64,000 nt of DNA from the NCBI GenBank assembly GCA_027036135.1, contig JALVSY010000016.1, positions 288,001 to 352,000 of the forward strand, given 5' to 3'. Source of the stretch: Pyrodictiaceae archaeon. Its GTDB lineage: Archaea; Thermoproteota; Thermoprotei_A; Sulfolobales; Pyrodictiaceae. The notes beneath the pieces are model-generated. The model worked only from the letters and a program-made list of their open reading frames with translations. It searched no databases and had not been told where the DNA came from. Shown here piece by piece: positions 9,143-19,474 of this stretch; position 1 is the stretch's first letter; each line of letters opens with the position of its first letter. Made by a program: the position numbers and the translations under genes.

Positions 9143-10126
9143 CTAGCTATTCCTCTTAGCGATAAGAGGGCATAGGGGATCCGGTGCTGGCAACCTACCG
9201 TATTTTGCTAGGGCTCTTGTATAGCATCCTCCTCTGCACCAAGCCCTAATAGCGCAGTCCTTGCATTCCTCGGGTATTTTCATCGCGGCCTTCATCAAGG
9301 GGCGTTCTAGTAACTTTCTCCACGCTTCCAGTACTCCATCTCTTACTACATTAGCTACACGTATACCGGTTACGTCGCAGAGTAGTACATCGCCATTGGG
9401 TGCAATATCCATTACTAACCAGTCCCTGCAATTGCTAGCGATTAGGTGCTTAGTCCAGCTAAGTGCTCTAACAAAGGGAGCGCACCAGACCGCTATCCCT
9501 ATTCCAAGTTCCTCTGCAACTTGCTCTGCATCCCTTAGTGCTCTAAGAAACAAGTCATGCCCAATGAATGACTTGGTTCTAAGCGCTCTCCCGCTGGGCA
9601 TGGTGGGGATAAGCGAGATGCTATCTGCTCCGAGGTCTATGGCGAGTCTTATAGCGTCACTTACGCGGTTAAAGTTGAGCTTGCTCACCGGGATATTGAC
9701 GTGAAGCCACAAACCCATGGTCTTGGCAGTCTTTACTCCGCTAAGGAAGCGCTCCCAGCTTCCCTTACCCTTAACGAGCTCGTATACATCACGGGGTCCA
9801 TCAAGACTGGTGTAAACATCTATGCCGAGTCTTGCAAGCCGTGCAGCAATTCTATTATTCATGAGCGTCATGTTGGTGAAGATGCTAGCATCTAATCCAA
9901 GCTCCACAGTAGCCTCAAGAACATCAATTATGTCTCTTCTTAGTAAGGGCTCACCTCCAGTAAACTGTACATATCTTGCGCCAGTATCAGCAGCCTCCTC
10001 TAGGACGCCTATCATTTCTCTCGCGCCAAGCTCCTCGTCGTTCATGTACTGCTCTGCATAACAGTAGGGGCACCGAAGATTGCAACGTCCGGTGATAATC
10101 CATATCAATGACTCTGGCCTCGTCAT
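9143..10126 (-). CDS. Radical SAM protein with SPASM-type C-terminus (PqqE/NirJ-Ahb-like)
   Basis: CNLRCPYC, FTGGEPLLR, SLDG, C-terminal CKDC..WCRGGC..DPLC; ATG 10126 follows GAGGTG. Confidence 0.85.
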   Translation of the reverse strand: MTRPESLIWIITGRCNLRCPYCYAEQYMNDEELGAREMIGVLEEAADTGARYVQFTGGEPLLRRDIIDVLEATVELGLDASIFTNMTLMNNRIAARLARLGIDVYTSLDGPRDVYELVKGKGSWERFLSGVKTAKTMGLWLHVNIPVSKLNFNRVSDAIRLAIDLGADSISLIPTMPSGRALRTKSFIGHDLFLRALRDAEQVAEELGIGIAVWCAPFVRALSWTKHLIASNCRDWLVMDIAPNGDVLLCDVTGIRVANVVRDGVLEAWRKLLERPLMKAAMKIPEECKDCAIRAWCRGGCYTRALAKYGRLPAPDPLCPLIAKRNS

Positions 10127-10219
10127 TGCTTGCACCTCGTCGCGCAGTACTGCTGGCCTCATTACTAGAGCCATCTTTTTCTCCTCCTATTTACCACGTT
10201 TTTTACAACGGTGTAGTGC

Positions 10220-11347
10220 TTGCAACCGTATCGGGAAAGACTAGCTAAGCTAGAAGCCCTCCTAGAGGAGGAGAACTTAGACGCTATACTGGTTACAAGA
10301 AGCCCCAACGTATTCTACTTCACTGGTTACCGTGGCGCAGGCTTCTTAGTCCTTGCACGAAACAATGGATTCGCCTTACTAGTGCCACCGCTAGAGTATC
10401 TAAACGCCCTTGATTCCGTAAAAGAGAACGATGTAGATGACAAAGTAGAGGTAGTGGGGTATCAACCCTACGGACTCCCCGAGGACCTAGTACTTGCCCC
10501 TAAGCAGAAGGTGCTCCAGAAAAGCCTCGTAGACTCAATCATAGAGATAATTGGTGAGGAGAAGAGAGTAGGAAGCGATCTAACAAATTTAACTCTGTAC
10601 AATGAGCTGGTGAAGAAGCTAAAACTAATAGATATAGACAAGAAGATAGCCCATATGAGGATGATAAAGGATCCGTGGGAGATAGAACGTATGGAGACAG
10701 CGGTAGCGATAGCTGAGGAAGCACTACAAGCAGCTATAGATAGTCTTGACTATGGTGTATCAGAGCAGGAAATAGCAGCAATAATAGAGTATAGTTTCCG
10801 CGTGATGGGCGCGGATGATCACTCGTTTCCCCCAATAGTAGCCTTCGGCGAAAACACAGTCTATCCCCACGCGTCACCATCTAAGCGAAGAAGACTAGAG
10901 CCGGGAATGCCAGTGCTAATAGATCTCGGCGCAATATACAAGGGCTACTGCAGTGATATGACGCGCACCCTTGTCCTCGATGAGGGCCCGGAAGGTTTCC
11001 GTGACACAGCCGAGGCGGTGCTCGAAGCAGTTGAGGAGGCAATTGACCTAGCAGCGCCGGGAGTCAAAACCGGAGAACTCGATGCCAAGGCCAGGGAAGT
11101 GCTACGAAAACACGGGCTAGCCTATTACTTCAATCATAGCCTTGGCCATGGAGTAGGCATAGAGGTTCACGAAGAGCCGCGAGTCAGCTATGGCAGTGAT
11201 ACAGTTCTCGAACCAGGCATAGTGATAACAATTGAGCCGGGAGTATACATTCCAGGCAAATATGGTGTACGAATCGAGGAAATGATACTGGTCACCAAGA
11301 AGGGAGCAAAGAGGCTAACAAGGTTCCCAACCAGGCTATGGCTATAA
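10220..11347 (+). CDS. pepQ: Xaa-Pro aminopeptidase/dipeptidase (M24B)
   Basis: IDLGAIYKGYCSDMTRT, HSLGHGVGIEVHE, TIEPGVY, GVRIEE. Confidence 0.9.
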   Translation: MQPYRERLAKLEALLEEENLDAILVTRSPNVFYFTGYRGAGFLVLARNNGFALLVPPLEYLNALDSVKENDVDDKVEVVGYQPYGLPEDLVLAPKQKVLQKSLVDSIIEIIGEEKRVGSDLTNLTLYNELVKKLKLIDIDKKIAHMRMIKDPWEIERMETAVAIAEEALQAAIDSLDYGVSEQEIAAIIEYSFRVMGADDHSFPPIVAFGENTVYPHASPSKRRRLEPGMPVLIDLGAIYKGYCSDMTRTLVLDEGPEGFRDTAEAVLEAVEEAIDLAAPGVKTGELDAKAREVLRKHGLAYYFNHSLGHGVGIEVHEEPRVSYGSDTVLEPGIVITIEPGVYIPGKYGVRIEEMILVTKKGAKRLTRFPTRLWL

Positions 11348-11478
11348 CACCTAATCTAATTCCATTTTCTCCCATCAATACCCCTCAATAGAGAAACCCT
11401 ATATGGGGAAATACCGCAACTAGTAATAAGGGAATATGGAGAATTCCGAAGACTAAGTAGGAGAAAGGGATACACGTA

Positions 11479-12642
11479 ATGGTCTATGGTATCGCTGAGT
11501 TACCACTCCACGACGGACATGTACCACCATGGCTAGCAGCATACATGAAGAGACTTGCCCGTGCTCTCCTCGAGGCAATGGTAGCGCTTCACGGCGTCTC
11601 TAAGACAGTTAAAGTATTTGCTGATCCTCTATGGTTCCAGGCATTCAACAACGCTATAGGCATGGACTGGGATAGTAGCGGCTCAACAACAGTAACTATT
11701 GGCATAATAAAACAAGTCCTATCAGAGACAAACCTAGGCCTTGGCGTTGCTGGCGGCAAGGGAAAGAAGGCAAGGGAGACGCCAAACGAGCTCAGACAAT
11801 TGGGAGAAAGACTCAACCTATCATCTAGCCTTGTCGAGTACCTAGTAAGAGCGTCAAAGCTCAGCGCGAAAACAGACACAGTTCTACTACAAGACGGCTA
11901 CCAGCTATACCACCACGCAGTATTAGTAGCAGAGACGGGGGACTGGGTAATAATACAACAGGGAATGAACCCGGAGCAACGACTCGCTAGACGCTATCAC
12001 TGGGCTAGCCCGCTTCCACCGATACCGAGCCTAGAGCCTCATAGCGGTATTGCAGCGGCCCGGAGAGAGTACCAGGTCATAGATTTGACTAGCAGAAAGA
12101 GCCTTGATGCAAGGAAAACGATAGTAGATATTGTCCGTGAGAATCCGAGAAAAGTTATAAGAGAGATAATGCAAGCTCATCGTCTCCTGCAAGGCATAGT
12201 ACCTCTAACAGCATGGACTACTAGATCAAGGCTAGAAACAACTAGGATTAGAAGGATTTACAAGCCGCAGCCAAGGCCTCCAAGGGACCTTGAGAGGGTG
12301 CTTCGCAGAGTATACGAGACACAACCCAGCAGCATAGAGGAATTAGCCCTCATCGAGGGTGTTGGGCCAGCCACCCTGCGCAGTATAGCACTAGTAGCAG
12401 AACTCGTCTACGAGGCACCAATAAGCCACGAAGACCCGGCAACCCATCCATTAGACCCATTTCGCTACGCCTATATAGTTGGCGGAAAGGATGGAGTACC
12501 ATTCCCGTTTAGGCCCGATTACGCTGAGAAAGTCATAGAGTTCCTCCAGAGCATTGTAGCTGAGGCACGTCTAGACGAAAAGCATAGGAGAAGAGTCCTA
12601 GAGAGAATACGGAGACTCGCAGCACTTATTCCAAAAAGCTAG
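11479..12642 (+). CDS. DUF763 family protein
   Basis: [47 protein letters not shown]. Confidence 0.9.
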   Translation: MVYGIAELPLHDGHVPPWLAAYMKRLARALLEAMVALHGVSKTVKVFADPLWFQAFNNAIGMDWDSSGSTTVTIGIIKQVLSETNLGLGVAGGKGKKARETPNELRQLGERLNLSSSLVEYLVRASKLSAKTDTVLLQDGYQLYHHAVLVAETGDWVIIQQGMNPEQRLARRYHWASPLPPIPSLEPHSGIAAARREYQVIDLTSRKSLDARKTIVDIVRENPRKVIREIMQAHRLLQGIVPLTAWTTRSRLETTRIRRIYKPQPRPPRDLERVLRRVYETQPSSIEELALIEGVGPATLRSIALVAELVYEAPISHEDPATHPLDPFRYAYIVGGKDGVPFPFRPDYAEKVIEFLQSIVAEARLDEKHRRRVLERIRRLAALIPKS

Positions 12643-13034
12643 GCCTTCTTCTCGACAAGGACAGCGTTAACGACGCCGTCTTGCCCAGGTCTCGAGGTCA
12701 CTACTGCCTTACCGAGCTCGGTCTCTATAACAGTACCCTTAGTTATTATTCCTGAGCGCACGTATTGTGGGTTAGCAGGAGTTTCTAGGACACGTAGTAT
12801 TTTTACCTTCTTAACAGTATGGGTTGATGGATCAGCTACATTAGCATATGTGGCTCTCTTGAGTCGGACTTTTTGATTGCCTCCTCTAACCCTTATTATT
12901 TTCCTTTGCTCTATGTTGTCTAGTCTAGTGAATGTAGGGAAGCGCCCCATCCAGTACTTTCTCTTAACCTTTCGATGGGGTCTCTTTTTGCCGCCTGTGA
13001 GCTTCTTTAGGTCATTTCCCTGGTAAATCCCCAT
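12639..13034 (-). CDS. rps8e: 30S ribosomal protein S8e
   Basis: [39 protein letters not shown]. Confidence 0.97.
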   Translation of the reverse strand: MGIYQGNDLKKLTGGKKRPHRKVKRKYWMGRFPTFTRLDNIEQRKIIRVRGGNQKVRLKRATYANVADPSTHTVKKVKILRVLETPANPQYVRSGIITKGTVIETELGKAVVTSRPGQDGVVNAVLVEKKA

Positions 13035-13079
13035 GGCTTCTTTACGCCCCCGAGGCCAAGCAAGAGTAGTCCCAGCTTA

Positions 13080-13658
13080 TTAAGTTCTCTCGCTAAGCCG
13101 CTCAATGACATCTTGCGCTCTCGGTAGCCTAGGGTACAAGTTCGGGTTGAGGCGTGGAACAAGCGCCATTAATACAGCGTTATAGCTTAGCTCGGTACGA
13201 GTGATCAGGCCATAGGTAAGGTAGCCTATAAAGCCTAGTTTTTCACCAATATCCCTCCTTCCAATAGTTTTTGTAACGATTTCCTCTAGCTCAACTCTAT
13301 TTAGCAATTCGTCTAGCCAGTGCAGGGGGAGCATAAATCCCTGGCTAAAACCAATACTCACTCTACCGCTCCGATCAGAAATGGCGGCAACCTGGATCTC
13401 TATTGGCCCCGCCTCGGTGACTATAGTGCCAGCCTCTATGCCTACCCCATAGTCCGCTCCCTCTGCCTCAAGAGCCTGTGTAGCTCTGTTGAGCGCTCCA
13501 AGCAATATCTCTCGAAGCCCTATGGGCTGAGCTGGAACACCACTAGCAACCTTAGCTCCCCTAACAACGGGGTCACATAGCAGCCTAAAGGCTCGGCGAA
13601 CAGCATTAACCTTAACAGGATTAAGCGAGCCTACCACAACCTCGCACGCTGCAGCCAA
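13080..13658 (-). CDS. yjjX: Inosine/xanthosine triphosphatase (YjjX family)
   Basis: VGSLNPVKVNAV, SGVPAQP, GALNRA, GVGIEAG. Confidence 0.88.
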   Translation of the reverse strand: MAAACEVVVGSLNPVKVNAVRRAFRLLCDPVVRGAKVASGVPAQPIGLREILLGALNRATQALEAEGADYGVGIEAGTIVTEAGPIEIQVAAISDRSGRVSIGFSQGFMLPLHWLDELLNRVELEEIVTKTIGRRDIGEKLGFIGYLTYGLITRTELSYNAVLMALVPRLNPNLYPRLPRAQDVIERLSERT

Positions 13659-13725
13659 AGATGCACCCCGTTAAGGGGCCAAGCTTACTACCTCTTTTAC
13701 CTACCCCTATTTCTACCCCTTTGTT

Positions 13726-15072
13726 CTAGCTCTGCTTCTCTAAGAGCGCGTAAAAGAAGCCGCTTGTCTGATGCCTATGAGGCCAAGACCTCATTGTTCC
13801 CTTAAGTAGCTGCGAGGGCTCATAGGGCTCCTCAAGAGGAACTACTTCTATTCCTTTCGCGTTATCAAGGAGCCAGGATATGTTATACTCGCCTTCCTCG
13901 GGCAATATACTGCAGACAGTGTACAGCAAGCGACCTCCTGGACGGAGCAACTTTACTGCCTCGAGGAGCATTGCTCTCTGCTTCTCAACATGCTCCCTTA
14001 CGGTTTTCCTAGTAAGCCTCCACCTAGCCTCAGGGTACTTAGCCAAAGAACCAGTACTCGTACACGGAGGATCAAGTAGTACTCGATGCGCACTCCGTGT
14101 AAGAATAGTTGAGGCTCTGCGCGCGTCACCAGCAACGGATACTATAGAGAGAAAGGTCCCCGTGCGCATAGCCAGCTCCCTTAGCCTGGCAAGCCGGTCT
14201 GGCCTAAGATCCATTCCTACTACGAGCGCCTGGCTCATAGCTAACTCGGCTAGGTGCGTAGTCTTCCCGCCAGGAGCGGCACATAGGTCATAGATTATCT
14301 CTCCTGGTCTTGCGCCTAGTATTAGTCCTGCAGCCGCACTAGCCTCATCTTGTGGGACTACTTTGCCTTCCTCTAGTGCACGGAATCGCTGATAATCTAT
14401 ACCCCCTCTATACCTTACGTGATTAGGCACCCTCTCACTAGGCCATGCATCCACACCGAGACCGTGTAACTCCTCAAGCACTTCCTCGGTACTCGCCTTA
14501 AGAGTGTTGACGCGAAAACCGAGTATAGGTGAGCGCGTATTAATCGACTCAGCGAAAGCCCTTACCTCGTCCCATGGTAGTAGCTTTCTCAGCGCGTCGA
14601 TTAGTATCCAGGGCATAGAGTACTCCAGCTCAAGTTTTTCGCGATGACTACTAGGCTGCCACGGGCTACGTCGAAGACTCCTATAAAGCTGCATTACCTT
14701 ATCAGCGTACTCTGTGCCGAACCTCTTTGAGACAAAAAGTGAGGCAAAGCGCAAGAGAGTATTATTAAACTCTTCGTCTCCGGCCTCGTCAAACTGGCCC
14801 AGCACTACAGCTAGGCGCAGCGACTGCCTTATCGCTGCAGGTAGCCGCTCCGGATTAATGCCTACGCGTTGAGCAGCTATACGGTCAAGTATCCCCTGAA
14901 GCCTATAGAGACGATACATTAGCGCAGTAAAGACCCTGTCATAACGAGTGCCGAGCAAGCCATATTTGTGGAAAACCCTGCGCTTAACCTCCTGGAAAGG
15001 CTTATAGTGCTCAGCTAGTTCCAGCGCCTCTAGCAGCGCCTTAGCGTGCTTCTTCTCAACCCTAAGACCCAT
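13726..15072 (-). CDS. RsmB/NOP2/NSUN family RNA m5C methyltransferase
   Basis: QDEAS, DLCAAPGGKTTH, LLDPPCTSTG, YTVCSILPEEGE, GFFYA; NusB-like N-terminus. Confidence 0.92.
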   Translation of the reverse strand: MGLRVEKKHAKALLEALELAEHYKPFQEVKRRVFHKYGLLGTRYDRVFTALMYRLYRLQGILDRIAAQRVGINPERLPAAIRQSLRLAVVLGQFDEAGDEEFNNTLLRFASLFVSKRFGTEYADKVMQLYRSLRRSPWQPSSHREKLELEYSMPWILIDALRKLLPWDEVRAFAESINTRSPILGFRVNTLKASTEEVLEELHGLGVDAWPSERVPNHVRYRGGIDYQRFRALEEGKVVPQDEASAAAGLILGARPGEIIYDLCAAPGGKTTHLAELAMSQALVVGMDLRPDRLARLRELAMRTGTFLSIVSVAGDARRASTILTRSAHRVLLDPPCTSTGSLAKYPEARWRLTRKTVREHVEKQRAMLLEAVKLLRPGGRLLYTVCSILPEEGEYNISWLLDNAKGIEVVPLEEPYEPSQLLKGTMRSWPHRHQTSGFFYALLEKQS

Positions 15073-15074
15073 AG

Positions 15075-15986
15075 CTAGCTACTCCTCATCTCCTCCTCTA
15101 GCGCCTTAACAAGCAAATAGACAGAATCATTATATGGCACGTATACTCCCTTACCTAGAGCCCTTCTCAGCAATGCACCATTAATATAGTCTATCTCAGT
15201 CACAGTTCTCTGCTCGACATCCTGCAACATACGGGGCACACAGCCCCTTATAGACAAGAGTTTCTCAAGTAATTCCTCCCTAAGCTTAATACCATATTCC
15301 TTTGCGACAAGCTCAGCCTCTTTCCAGAGCTGCTCGACAAGGCTCCTAGCATAGGAAATCCTCTTAATCCTTGATAATGGTACGCCAAGTATAGCTGCAA
15401 CTGGCTGAGATGAAAGATTCGTCGCCCAGTAATCCCAGGCAAGCTGCTCAACACTATCTTGGCGTGAGACATTAAGTCCTAAAGCTCTGAGCCCCTCCGC
15501 AAGGTAGTCCACTAGCTCGCTGCTCCCCCAGGCTTCGACAAAACCCTCACCAGGCCATTCCGCTGTACCTCTTCCCATCCGCCGAATGCATGTGTATAGG
15601 GCGATGAAGCCCCGCCCTCCATTAAGCTGATTAATAATATCTAGTACATCAATACTTGGCTGGATAAATACATGGATACTATTGGGTAGTTTCTTGTACA
15701 CCGCATCAACGAGTTCTCTTAGAGAGTTAAGCCTAGTAGCATATATTACTACGTCGTAGCCTCTCCTCAGGAAAGACACATGAGCAGCGGAAACCTTTAC
15801 AGACGATTCACCAGGGCCATAAACCCTTATCACGCCATCATTACGCATTATTGATACAACGTCCTCGTCTCGGAGACAAAACAGCGTAGCAACAAATCCT
15901 CTGACGGCCAAGGCGGAGGCTAAAACAAGGCCCGCGGCACCACAGCCAATAATAGCAGCTCTAACCAATACCACTTGTCCCTCCAC
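15075..15986 (-). CDS. Ketopantoate reductase (PanE/ApbA)-like protein, divergent
   Basis: Rossmann GCGAAG, MLQDVEQRTVTEIDYINGAL; the expected W-x-K-L..N lysine appears replaced (WDYWATN). Confidence 0.75.
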   Translation of the reverse strand: MEGQVVLVRAAIIGCGAAGLVLASALAVRGFVATLFCLRDEDVVSIMRNDGVIRVYGPGESSVKVSAAHVSFLRRGYDVVIYATRLNSLRELVDAVYKKLPNSIHVFIQPSIDVLDIINQLNGGRGFIALYTCIRRMGRGTAEWPGEGFVEAWGSSELVDYLAEGLRALGLNVSRQDSVEQLAWDYWATNLSSQPVAAILGVPLSRIKRISYARSLVEQLWKEAELVAKEYGIKLREELLEKLLSIRGCVPRMLQDVEQRTVTEIDYINGALLRRALGKGVYVPYNDSVYLLVKALEEEMRSS

Positions 15987-16107
15987 AGGACGGGTACTAA
16001 GAGCCCCTCCTCTTTTAAGCGCGCGAGATAGAGTGTATCAACTATACTACAGCATGCAAGGATTAAGAAGGGGAGCCCGCCCCCTCCACCCTCGAGGGTA
16101 GTACGGC

Positions 16108-16506
16108 TTGAAGCGACTAGGAACCGTGCTGCACATGACGAGAAACGGCTACATAGTAGCAAGGCTAGAGAAAGAGGAAGCCGAGAAACTACCACCCCTC
16201 AACGTCCCAGTCTATGACCGGGACTTGAAGAAAATAGGTACACTCCTAGACATAATAGGCCCCGTGAAGAATCCCTACGCCGTGGTAAAGCCAGCTAACA
16301 AGGAGATCAAGGTCTACGAGGGAGAGCCCCTCTACTACAAGATCCCGCGCCCGCCCAGGAAGAGGCAGAAGAGGGCCAAAAAGCCTACACGAGAACGCAG
16401 GCCGGGACGAGGAAAAGCATCACGCGAGACCAAGGCCCGGGATCGGCCTCGGCCAAGAAGGGGGCGGGCTCGCCGAGAGAGGAGAGGTAGAGGCGCGAAA
16501 AGATGA
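16108..16506 (+). CDS. gar1: H/ACA RNP subunit Gar1
   Basis: LGTVLH, PPLN..VYD...IG...DIIGPVKNPYAVVKP; Arg/Lys-rich tail. Confidence 0.9.
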   Translation: MKRLGTVLHMTRNGYIVARLEKEEAEKLPPLNVPVYDRDLKKIGTLLDIIGPVKNPYAVVKPANKEIKVYEGEPLYYKIPRPPRKRQKRAKKPTRERRPGRGKASRETKARDRPRPRRGRARRERRGRGAKR

Positions 16507-17387
16507 GCCCCCTTCCAGAGTATTGCCCCAATTGCGGCGCACCTTTAAGACTATACGCTCATAGACAGCCCGATGGAAGACTTGTATGTAGCAGATGCGG
16601 ATACGTCATAGAGGAGGCACCAATAGACCTAGGCCCCGAGTGGAGGAGCTTCAACGAGGAAGACCGCACAAGGCGTAGCAGGGTAGGCGCACCGCTAACA
16701 GAGAGAATACACGACCACGGCCTAACAACCTACATCTATGCGAAAAGAACAGAGCTACGTGCAAGGAAACTCGTCGCGCTACAAGCAAGCCTTCGTACAC
16801 ATGGGCAAAAGAAGCTAATCAGTATACTCCAGGAAGCAAACCGAGCAGCTAGCAAGCTTAGATTACCGAGCAGAGTAGCAGAGACAATGGCCAAGCTAAT
16901 TAGGCAACTCTACTCTATGAACATTCTTAGGAAGAATAATTTACAAGAGTACATAGCGGCAGCAGCAGTCATAGCGGCGAGGATAGAGCGTCATCCATTA
17001 ACTATGAGGGATGCAGCTGAGATACTAGGTGTAGGCGAGCAAGATGTGTGGAGAGCCTATAGGAGGATAGTAACAAAGCTAAAAGTACGCCCAGCAGCAC
17101 CTCCCAAGCCCCAAATGTTCATATCCCGTATAGCCTCCAAGCTAAATCTAAGCGGCGAGGTAGAAGCCCTAGCAATGAGGTTCTCAACAATGCTCGTGAG
17201 AACAGGACTCGCGCAAGGCAAGCCACCCGAGGCCCTCGCAGCTGCATCAATATACCTCGCCTCGATACTGCTTGACCAAAAGCGGAACCAGCTAGCAGTT
17301 GCACGCGCAATAGGCGTAACAGACGCCACAATAAGGAACCGGTACCGAGACATAGTGGACAACTTCTACATCGAGGTCCGCCTCTAA
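16503..17387 (+). CDS. tfb: Transcription initiation factor IIB paralogue (TFB2-type)
   Basis: Zn ribbon CPNC..CSRCG, IDLGPEWRSF B-reader, two cyclin repeats, GKPPEALAAASIY, VTDATIRNRY. Confidence 0.92.
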   Translation: MSPLPEYCPNCGAPLRLYAHRQPDGRLVCSRCGYVIEEAPIDLGPEWRSFNEEDRTRRSRVGAPLTERIHDHGLTTYIYAKRTELRARKLVALQASLRTHGQKKLISILQEANRAASKLRLPSRVAETMAKLIRQLYSMNILRKNNLQEYIAAAAVIAARIERHPLTMRDAAEILGVGEQDVWRAYRRIVTKLKVRPAAPPKPQMFISRIASKLNLSGEVEALAMRFSTMLVRTGLAQGKPPEALAAASIYLASILLDQKRNQLAVARAIGVTDATIRNRYRDIVDNFYIEVRL

Positions 17388-17629
17388 TAATCATGATTTT
17401 TACTAACCATATAATATTTCGCAAGTATCATTGCTTACTTTATATTCTCCTACCCAGAGTTATCCCAGCAACTTAAACTTATTCATTCCCGGTACTAGAT
17501 AGAGATATAGGCAGGCTAAGATACACTAATAGAGACTGGGTTGCGCAAAACTATACTAAGGCACGTAATCCCACATTCACTGACCGTGCATGAATGAAGA
17601 GAAGCCAGGGTATGAGGGAAGAATAGGCC

Positions 17630-18064
17630 TTGTCAGCCATGATAGACTCGTCTATCGGCATGCGTAGAAGCAGCCTCGAAGAACTAGAGGATAAGGCTCT
17701 GCAGCTTATCCGCGAAAGAGGAGATGAAGGAATATACCAACATGAGCTATGGAAAATGCTAGGCCTCGATAGCCGCGAAGGCTCACGCCTAGCGCTTCGC
17801 CTTCTCAAAAAGGGCCTTATTGTTAGAGAGCCAACAGTGCATAATGGTAGGAGAACATACAAGCTTTTCCTAGCAAAGCAGGTTAAGAAAAAACCAAAGA
17901 TAAGTATAAGGATAGGTAACGCTATCGAGGTTCCGTGTTTTACGTGCAGGAACCTAGATAAGTGCCATAATGGAGGCTTCTATGATCCCTCTACATGCCC
18001 TATTCTCGCGTCATGGATTAATGGTAAGATAAGAACCATAAAGCAGCTAATGGCTGAGCAGTAG
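17630..18064 (+). CDS. Transcription factor E beta subunit (RPC34/C39-like; winged helix + Fe-S cluster)
   Basis: wHTH GIYQHELWK.LGLDSREGSR and C-terminal PCFTC..LDKC..GG..DPSTC four-Cys motif; start uncertain. Confidence 0.8.
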   Translation: MSAMIDSSIGMRRSSLEELEDKALQLIRERGDEGIYQHELWKMLGLDSREGSRLALRLLKKGLIVREPTVHNGRRTYKLFLAKQVKKKPKISIRIGNAIEVPCFTCRNLDKCHNGGFYDPSTCPILASWINGKIRTIKQLMAEQ

Positions 18065-18093
18065 GCCATAATTCCTCGGCCAAGGAGGATAAA

Positions 18094-19335
18094 CTAGCTC
18101 CTTGTCGCTATTATTCTCCTTAATGCTAGTTGATATACAGTGTCTATTGCAATAATGTGGGGAGCATTGGTTCTGAATCCTCTGGGGTCAAAGTGTGTAC
18201 GCGCTGCCTTATAGCCAAGCCTATTTAGCTCTTCCACAACCTCCTCTATTCTTGGCATGCTTAGATGAAGCATGCTACATATCTTGTCAAGGCGATAATA
18301 GGGTTTCTCTATACTGCATTCACTGCGTAACTGGTTTAGCAGCTTTCTAGCACGTTTGCTCTCAGCTAGCTTCATTCTATCTATTCTCTCTGCCATGGCC
18401 TCAACTAGTTCTTCGTCGCATAGCTTGCCTCTATACAAGGGGCCAACTATTATTGGTCTCGCCCCGCAGTGGGGGCAACGAGGCCCAGGGTAATTGATGT
18501 ACCCTGTGAAGTTGCAAATAGGGCAGTAGATGCCATAGCTTAGCTGCTCAAGAGCCTCGTCGGCTCTTCGGGCTCCTCTTCGCAGCTCGGCATAAACTCT
18601 TACATAATAGTCACTGTAATAGGCCAATAGTATCCTAGCGCCATACTCGTGTGCCGCAGCTCTCCTAATGATGTAGCCAGCGAGTATCCTCACAGCTTGC
18701 TCTTTCTCCCAAGCAGTTCTTCCCGGGACGACATCGTATTTGCGCCTAAGTGCCCGTGGATGAGTACCAGATAGTGGCGCAGTATCGGTAGCAGTAATGG
18801 CCAGTACCCCTCCTACGCCGAGAGACTCTATAGCTGAGTCGAGGAATGGTAGCGGCGAGCCAAAGGGATCTATGTCTATCAGCGTTGGCCTTATACCACG
18901 TCTTATCAAGCGATGCATAGCCTCGTTGGCATCAGCGATCTCTACTCTAACTCGTTCCTCGACTCTGTTTATTCGTGCATTAAGCGCTGCAAGTCTTGCA
19001 GCAGCAGGGCTAATATCAGCTGCATAGACATATGCACCGGTCTCAGCAGCGTAGCGAACAGCCCTGACCCCACTCCCCGTCAAAGGCTCAAAGACGACTA
19101 GCTCGTTGAGCCCGCGTAGCTCGGAGTAAACTAATAAGAATAACACAGATATATCGCGGTTAAGCGCCATACGTGGGTTATAGAATACAGGGGCCCATGC
19201 AGGCTCGTATACGCCGTCTCTACGCTTATACTTCTCCATACTGGGCACGACTATTTCCACAGAGCCCTCCGAGACGATCTCCACCGGGTAGCCAAGCTTC
19301 TCAGAGAGAGCCTTCACATCAACAATAGCGCTCAT
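18094..19335 (-). CDS. trm1: tRNA (guanine26-N2)-dimethyltransferase
   Basis: PVFYNPRMALNRD, GSGVRAVRY, IDIDPFGSP, ITATDTAPLSG, RTHFDP.GFRTNAP; ATG 19335 preferred. Confidence 0.93.
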   Translation of the reverse strand: MSAIVDVKALSEKLGYPVEIVSEGSVEIVVPSMEKYKRRDGVYEPAWAPVFYNPRMALNRDISVLFLLVYSELRGLNELVVFEPLTGSGVRAVRYAAETGAYVYAADISPAAARLAALNARINRVEERVRVEIADANEAMHRLIRRGIRPTLIDIDPFGSPLPFLDSAIESLGVGGVLAITATDTAPLSGTHPRALRRKYDVVPGRTAWEKEQAVRILAGYIIRRAAAHEYGARILLAYYSDYYVRVYAELRRGARRADEALEQLSYGIYCPICNFTGYINYPGPRCPHCGARPIIVGPLYRGKLCDEELVEAMAERIDRMKLAESKRARKLLNQLRSECSIEKPYYRLDKICSMLHLSMPRIEEVVEELNRLGYKAARTHFDPRGFRTNAPHIIAIDTVYQLALRRIIATRS

Positions 19336-19474
19336 CAAGCTACACCCGTGAATTCTTTGCCTCCCCTGCAACGCTGGACCCAGGGACCCCATACGTGGCG
19401 CTATGTTGTTTCGAGCAAGAAATCTTACACCTCCGGGGCCGGGCAAGGGCTAGGCACAAGGGAAAAGAAAAGCC

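Noticed and set aside
11368-11446. Imperfect inverted repeat suggesting a MITE
   Set aside because: Weak pairing, no target-site duplication, no second copy in the window
17593-17642. C/D-like pattern ATGAAGA..ATGA..GGAAGA..ATGA
   Set aside because: Both D boxes are non-canonical, there is no terminal stem, and it overlaps the TFE-beta start region
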